IMG/VR virus record: IMGVR_UViG_3300036773_000046
Coordinates: 15,067 to 79,066 of that record
DNA: 64,000 nucleotides
Source: a virus
Lineage: Duplodnaviria; Caudoviricetes
Direction: 5' to 3' (one strand)
The position numbers were made by a program, and so were the translations under genes. Shown piece by piece: positions 60,257 to 64,000 of this stretch (the first letter of the stretch is position 1; the number at the start of each line of letters is the position of its first letter). Under the pieces are notes generated by a model. It made no database searches and was not told the DNA's origin. It worked only from the letters and a program-made list of their open reading frames with translations.

Positions 60257-60322
60257 GCCAGCTGTGAATGAAACTTGGTAGCGCCCGAAGGGGTAAGGGG
60301 GGTTCGATTCCCCTCGCTGGCA
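60257..60322 (+). ncRNA. tRNA-like element with truncated anticodon arm
   Basis: GCCAGC/GCTGGC acceptor-like stem + A discriminator, canonical T-arm GGGGG-TTCGATT-CCCCT, D-loop-like TTGGTAG, only a 3-bp CCC-GAA-GGG mini-arm; 66 nt; no encoded CCA. Confidence 0.45.
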
Positions 60323-60362
60323 CTTGACACAACAAAGCACACAACCGAGAAGGGAAACGATC

Positions 60363-60685
60363 ATGGCAATGCTAGTGCACGCCGTTTGCGCCACGTGTGG
60401 TGGCAAGGTGCAACCCAAGAACAAGTCAGGCAAGGTGTACGTGCACTCTGGCCTGCACGCCGTCGGCGATCTTCGCAGTCGCGACGACGTCACGCGCGCC
60501 GAACCCGTTGATCACCTGATCACGGGAATCAAGATGGTCACCGACGAGGAGAGCTACTGATGAAGAGCACAGCATGCCTCGGCAAGCGCGTCAGCGCCGC
60601 GTTCGCCGCCCAGCATCCCACGTCCGTAATCTACGGCGGCGGTGGTCGCTGGTACCTGAAGCCCACGAGCAAGTTCAACCGCTGA
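60363..60685 (+). CDS. Two small cassette genes (60363-60560, 60560-60685)
   Basis: TGATG overlap; second stop is the start of the repeat at 60683. Confidence 0.6.
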
Positions 60686-60772
60686 TCGCGTTGCGTTGAG
60701 CAAGATTCTGATCTTGCTCTTCGTTGCTTGATCAGACGATCAAGTGCACGACGACGACGAAGGGAACAACCC

Positions 60773-60943
60773 ATGACACCTTCCCCCTGGCAGTGCCGAC
60801 GCTGCCTACACCCGTTCTACGAACACCGTGAAAGCAAAGAGTGGCAACTGCTGAACCCGCGGCGCAAGCGCGATCTTCACGGCTGCACACGCAAAGAGTG
60901 CGCGTGCGTCGCCGCCGACGCGTCGCACGCCACCACGCACTGA
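60773..60943 (+). CDS. Cassette gene, Cys/His-rich small protein
   Basis: CRRC.H...H, HGC...CAC; stop is the start of the repeat. Confidence 0.65.
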   Translation: MTPSPWQCRRCLHPFYEHRESKEWQLLNPRRKRDLHGCTRKECACVAADASHATTH

Positions 60944-61026
60944 TCGCGTTGCGTTGCGATGATCACATGATCATCGCTTCGTTGCTTGATCAGTCGATCA
61001 AGTTAGGAAATGAGAAGGAAGAGATC

Positions 61027-61634
61027 ATGACGCTGGAGCAGCTGCCCGTGGGCACGCGCGTTACCAACCGTGACGACGACGGCATCGTCGTGGCGCACAC
61101 GATCTTCCGTGACGCCGTGCGCATCAAGTGGGATGCGGGCTTCGAGATGCACACGCTGATCGCCGCACTCCACCCGATCATGAAGGGCTGATCGTCATGC
61201 ACCACGACAAGCACATCGTGATCATGACCACCGACTACGGCGACGGCACGCAAGACAGCGAGTCGTTCGGCCCGTTCGCCGACGTCACCGCCGCACGCGC
61301 GTTCATCGACAACATCGAGGGTGCCTTCGACGGCAACACGACGTGGTGGATCACCCGCCTGTCGAACCCTCGACCCGTCGTTGACGCGTTAGCGTTAGTC
61401 ACGCACTAGAGGGAAAAGATCATGACGCTGCAAGAGCTGATCGACATCGCGAACGAGAAGAACGTCACACCCGAGGAAGTTGAGATCTTCACCGAGGTCG
61501 ATGGGATGATGTCGTTTGCGTACGAACCCGACGTCGATGTTCGCACCGACGACCTCGGTCGCGGCGAGGGTGCCGTGACGCTGATCATCAGCGCCACCAA
61601 CGCCTACATCGTCCTGCCCGACGACGAAAGCTGA
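61027..61634 (+). CDS. Three small cassette genes (61027-61191, 61197-61409, 61422-61634)
   Basis: Purine-rich RBS upstream of 61027 and 61422, both with gatcATG starts; 61197 follows 5 nt after the previous stop; last stop is the start of the repeat. Confidence 0.65.
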
Positions 61635-61710
61635 TCGCGTTGCGTGATCATCACGAGAGATCGTGATGGTCGCGTTGCCTGATCAGATCCGACGGGCAAG
61701 AGAGAAAGGT

Positions 61711-62013
61711 ATGATCATGGGTGGTTACGCACAAGAGCTTGATCGTGTGCAGAAGCTGATCGATGACAAGATCATCGACGGCGCAACGGTCACCGTCGAG
61801 CTCGACGTGGCGTTCGGCGAGGTCGGCGGCTCACTCGACAAGGCGATCAGCGCGCTCACCGCTGACACCGCAGTGACGTCGCGCGTTCTCGTCGAGCACG
61901 GACCTGGCGGCGGTTGGCCCGTCGTCGAGTTCCACGGCACACCGGGTGATGTGCTGGTGCTGCTGCGCCGGTACTTCGTCAACGACGGCGACATGAACGA
62001 GTACTTCAGCTGA
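61711..62013 (+). CDS. Cassette gene, hypothetical
   Basis: VELDV...GPGGGWPVVEFHG motif; stop is the start of the repeat. Confidence 0.7.
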   Translation: MIMGGYAQELDRVQKLIDDKIIDGATVTVELDVAFGEVGGSLDKAISALTADTAVTSRVLVEHGPGGGWPVVEFHGTPGDVLVLLRRYFVNDGDMNEYFS

Positions 62014-62096
62014 TCGCGTTGCGTTGCCAACGGGCGTCACGCCCGTTGGCTTCGTTGCCCGATCACGGGCAGTCACTACGACCGAAGGGAAAGATC

Positions 62097-62789
62097 ATGC
62101 CTCAAAGTGTACAGCATCACGGGACGTTCGCGCAGGTGCGCGAAGGCGACTTCCTATCGACATTCGGCAACGACCCAATCACCGAGGTCGTTCGCAAGCC
62201 CGTGTGGTTGACGATCACGCGCGCGTCGGGCGAGGTGTTGCGTCGCCGCCGCACCGACCCCGTCACGTTCTACCGCGACGAACCCACCGAGGCCGAGCGC
62301 AACGACGAGACGCTGCGGTACGCGCAACGGCGAGCAGCATCGACGTTCGACGAGTTCGTGCAACGCGACTACGTGCAGAACTTGCACGAAGAGATCGACA
62401 AGCGTGCCGACTACCAGGAGATCTTCGACTGGTCAAACACCGCGTCGATGTTCAAGCGGCAGGCGTACCGCAAGCTCGGCATGGAGCTGATCTACATCGC
62501 GCAAAAGGTGCTGAAGATTGACGATCTTCGCACGGACGCCGAGTGCTTCGAGGCTCTTGCGGTGTGGTACGCGGAGGAAGTGCTTGGGAGTGGAAGCTAC
62601 AAGCAGCGCGTTTCCGACCCGCTGTCACGTTCTTCAGCGGTGTTGTCTTCGATCTTTGAAGATCTCGACCGCTGGGCGCGCGCTCAGCTGATCGAGCAGA
62701 TCAAGTGGATGGGCGAGCCGTTCACCGATCGCGCGAAGGAGATTCGCGCGAAGTTCGATGAAGAAGTCAAAAACAACACCCGACTCTGA
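62097..62789 (+). CDS. Cassette gene, hypothetical (230 aa)
   Basis: gaagggaaagatcATG; stop is the start of the repeat. Confidence 0.75.
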   Translation: MPQSVQHHGTFAQVREGDFLSTFGNDPITEVVRKPVWLTITRASGEVLRRRRTDPVTFYRDEPTEAERNDETLRYAQRRAASTFDEFVQRDYVQNLHEEIDKRADYQEIFDWSNTASMFKRQAYRKLGMELIYIAQKVLKIDDLRTDAECFEALAVWYAEEVLGSGSYKQRVSDPLSRSSAVLSSIFEDLDRWARAQLIEQIKWMGEPFTDRAKEIRAKFDEEVKNNTRL

Positions 62790-62870
62790 TCTCGTTGCGT
62801 CACCCACGGTCGTCGACCGTGGATGGCGTTGCACGATCAAGGTGGTCGTGAGGGAAAGGAAGTGGAGATC

Positions 62871-63252
62871 ATGAAGCCAGAGGCATTGATCGAGTACCTG
62901 GTTCGGCAACGCGACGAAGCGATCAACGTCGAGTTCTCGCGCTCGCTGCCCGATCACACGCGACGCAACGCGACCGAGCGCGCCGATCACCTCGAGCGTA
63001 GAATCATCGAGGCGCAGGCGCGCTACCGCGATCTCATCGAGCGGGGGTGCTGACATGAAGAGAGTCGTCAACGCGCTGATCAAGTTCTTCGCGTCTCCCG
63101 TCATCTACGTCGACCGACGCGAGGTCGCGGTGGAGGCGCACTACGAAGCCGTGGCGATGGACGCGCTCATCACGTCGTCGTTGCCCTACGTCGTCGTGGT
63201 CCAGATGATCGCGGACGAGGAACGTGACGCACTCAACGCACTCAACGACTGA
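62871..63252 (+). CDS. Two small cassette genes (62871-63053, 63055-63252)
   Basis: RBS + gatcATG; second stop is the start of the repeat. Confidence 0.65.
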
Positions 63253-63336
63253 TCTCGTTGCCTTGCGATCAAGCATCCCGCTTGATCGCCTGGCTGCGAC
63301 TGATCAGAGTGATCACGCAAATGAAGGAGGAAGATC

Positions 63337-63510
63337 ATGGGTTTCTACTATCGCAAGCGCGTACCCGTGGGCAAGCGCAAGCGCACGTGGATCAACGTCA
63401 GCAAGTCCGGACTCTCGGTGTCCCACCGTCGAGGCAATACCACGGTCAACACCCGTGGCCGCTTCTGGGTGAAGCTGGGCAAGGGCTTCGGCTATCGAGG
63501 GAAGATCTGA
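63337..63510 (+). CDS. DUF4236-like basic protein
   Basis: MGFYYRKRVPVG...INVSKSGLSVS; aaggaggaagatcATG. Confidence 0.65.
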   Translation: MGFYYRKRVPVGKRKRTWINVSKSGLSVSHRRGNTTVNTRGRFWVKLGKGFGYRGKI

Positions 63511-63785
63511 TGCGAACGCTACGCGACATGACCGAAGACGAGGAGTTCGACGCCGAGGAGGCGGAGATCGAGGGTCGCGCCATGGGCCTGCTTCGATGCT
63601 ACGTCTGCTACACGAAGCAAACCGGCAAGATCGACGAAGACTCACGTGCGGCCAGCGTGTTCCACGGCAAGGGTCCGCTGCGCGGCATCAAGCGTGAGGG
63701 ACTTACGCCGCCGCATCCCGACCCACGTTCGTTCGACGCCACGGCGACATACGAACTCGTCCCGTGCGGACACGTCATCATCTGA
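63510..63785 (+). CDS. Cassette gene, hypothetical (CxxC ... PCGH)
   Basis: TGATG overlap with the previous gene; stop is the start of the repeat at 63783. Confidence 0.65.
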   Translation: MRTLRDMTEDEEFDAEEAEIEGRAMGLLRCYVCYTKQTGKIDEDSRAASVFHGKGPLRGIKREGLTPPHPDPRSFDATATYELVPCGHVII

Positions 63786-63866
63786 TCTCGTTACGTTGCC
63801 ACCCGCCAGTCGGGTGGCTTCGTTGCACGATCAGCGTGCAGGTAGGCAAGAGAGGAAGTGGAAGCT

Positions 63867-64000
63867 ATGACCGAGAGTGCCGAAGATGCCAAGCGGCCGT
63901 ACGCCGAGCGCATCGCGAAGTTGCTCACGCGAGCGGAGGGCACCGACAACCAGCACGAGGCGGACCTCGCGAATGAGATGGCCGCACGTCTCATGGAGAA
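63867..64000 (+). CDS. DUF2786-like protein, partial
   Basis: ERIAKLLTRAEGTDNQHEA; runs off the right edge. Confidence 0.6.
   Translation, partial: MTESAEDAKRPYAERIAKLLTRAEGTDNQHEADLANEMAARLME

Larger units (their letters stand above)
59022..63833 (+). repeat. Array of 11 conserved-arm / variable-hairpin elements (attC-like)
   Basis: Copies at 59022-59075, 59288-59341, 59739-59793, 60200-60251, 60683-60734, 60941-60992, 61632-61685, 62011-62065, 62787-62839, 63250-63306, 63783-63833. Consensus TGATC(G/T)CGTTGCGTT-[8-11 bp stem-loop]-TTCGTTGC(A/T/C)(C/T)GATCA. Degenerate copy near 58569-58630. Confidence 0.95.

Noticed and set aside
60257-60322. Functional tRNA-Phe(GAA)
   Set aside because: GAA sits in a 3-nt loop on a 3-bp stem, there is no proper D-stem and the 7th acceptor pair is mismatched; kept only as tRNA-like.
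59022-63833. CRISPR array
   Set aside because: Intervals are 200-720 nt and protein-coding, repeat cores differ, and there is no cas1/cas2 or effector; the Cas4-like nuclease is a normal phage recombination gene.
59022-63833. Classical intrinsic terminators or sigma70 promoters as the full explanation of the repeats
   Set aside because: No U-tracts, and no consistent -10 at 16-18 nt from the TTGC(A/T/C) arm. Terminators would not need conserved 15-nt arms. Not excluded experimentally.
1-64000. Integrase, reverse transcriptase/DGR, transposase, rRNA
   Set aside because: No recognisable motifs in any listed ORF; lifestyle and the recombinase for the array cannot be determined from this window.

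Overview
High-GC (roughly 65% by eye) tailed actinobacteriophage DNA with no host housekeeping genes, no integrase and no rRNA. Left arm (1-18.5 kb, minus strand): head/packaging module organised like cluster-B mycobacteriophages and Streptomyces prophages. It holds the start of the major tail gene, two capsid proteins, a protease-like protein, a MuF protein with a metallopeptidase tail, portal and terminase, with holin-like genes, three GT2 glycosyltransferases and an RmlB-like dehydratase interleaved. 18.5-30 kb: a structured non-coding segment, many tiny overlapping minus-strand genes, an origin-like low-complexity region and split primase/helicase genes. 30-56.8 kb (plus strand): endolysin, DNA polymerase A, ThyX, RuvC-like resolvase, SNF2 helicase, an intein-containing Sak4-like ATPase and SSB. 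This arm also carries a large base-modification toolkit: a ThyA homologue with the dCMP-type Asp, a kinase-UDG fusion, dCMP deaminase, a T4 beta-glucosyltransferase-like enzyme, NDP-sugar dehydrogenase/epimerase/mutase, a methyltransferase, an aGPT-Pplase-like protein, a MazG-like protein and a C5 methyltransferase. The most striking element is at 58.6-64 kb. There, 11 clear copies (plus 1 degenerate) of a 51-57 bp element have conserved 14-15 nt arms around a sequence-variable but always self-complementary hairpin. Ten begin at the stop codon of the preceding gene, and they delimit small gene cassettes like integron attC sites. The array runs off the right edge. All annotations are from motif recognition and recalled family features; no searches were run.
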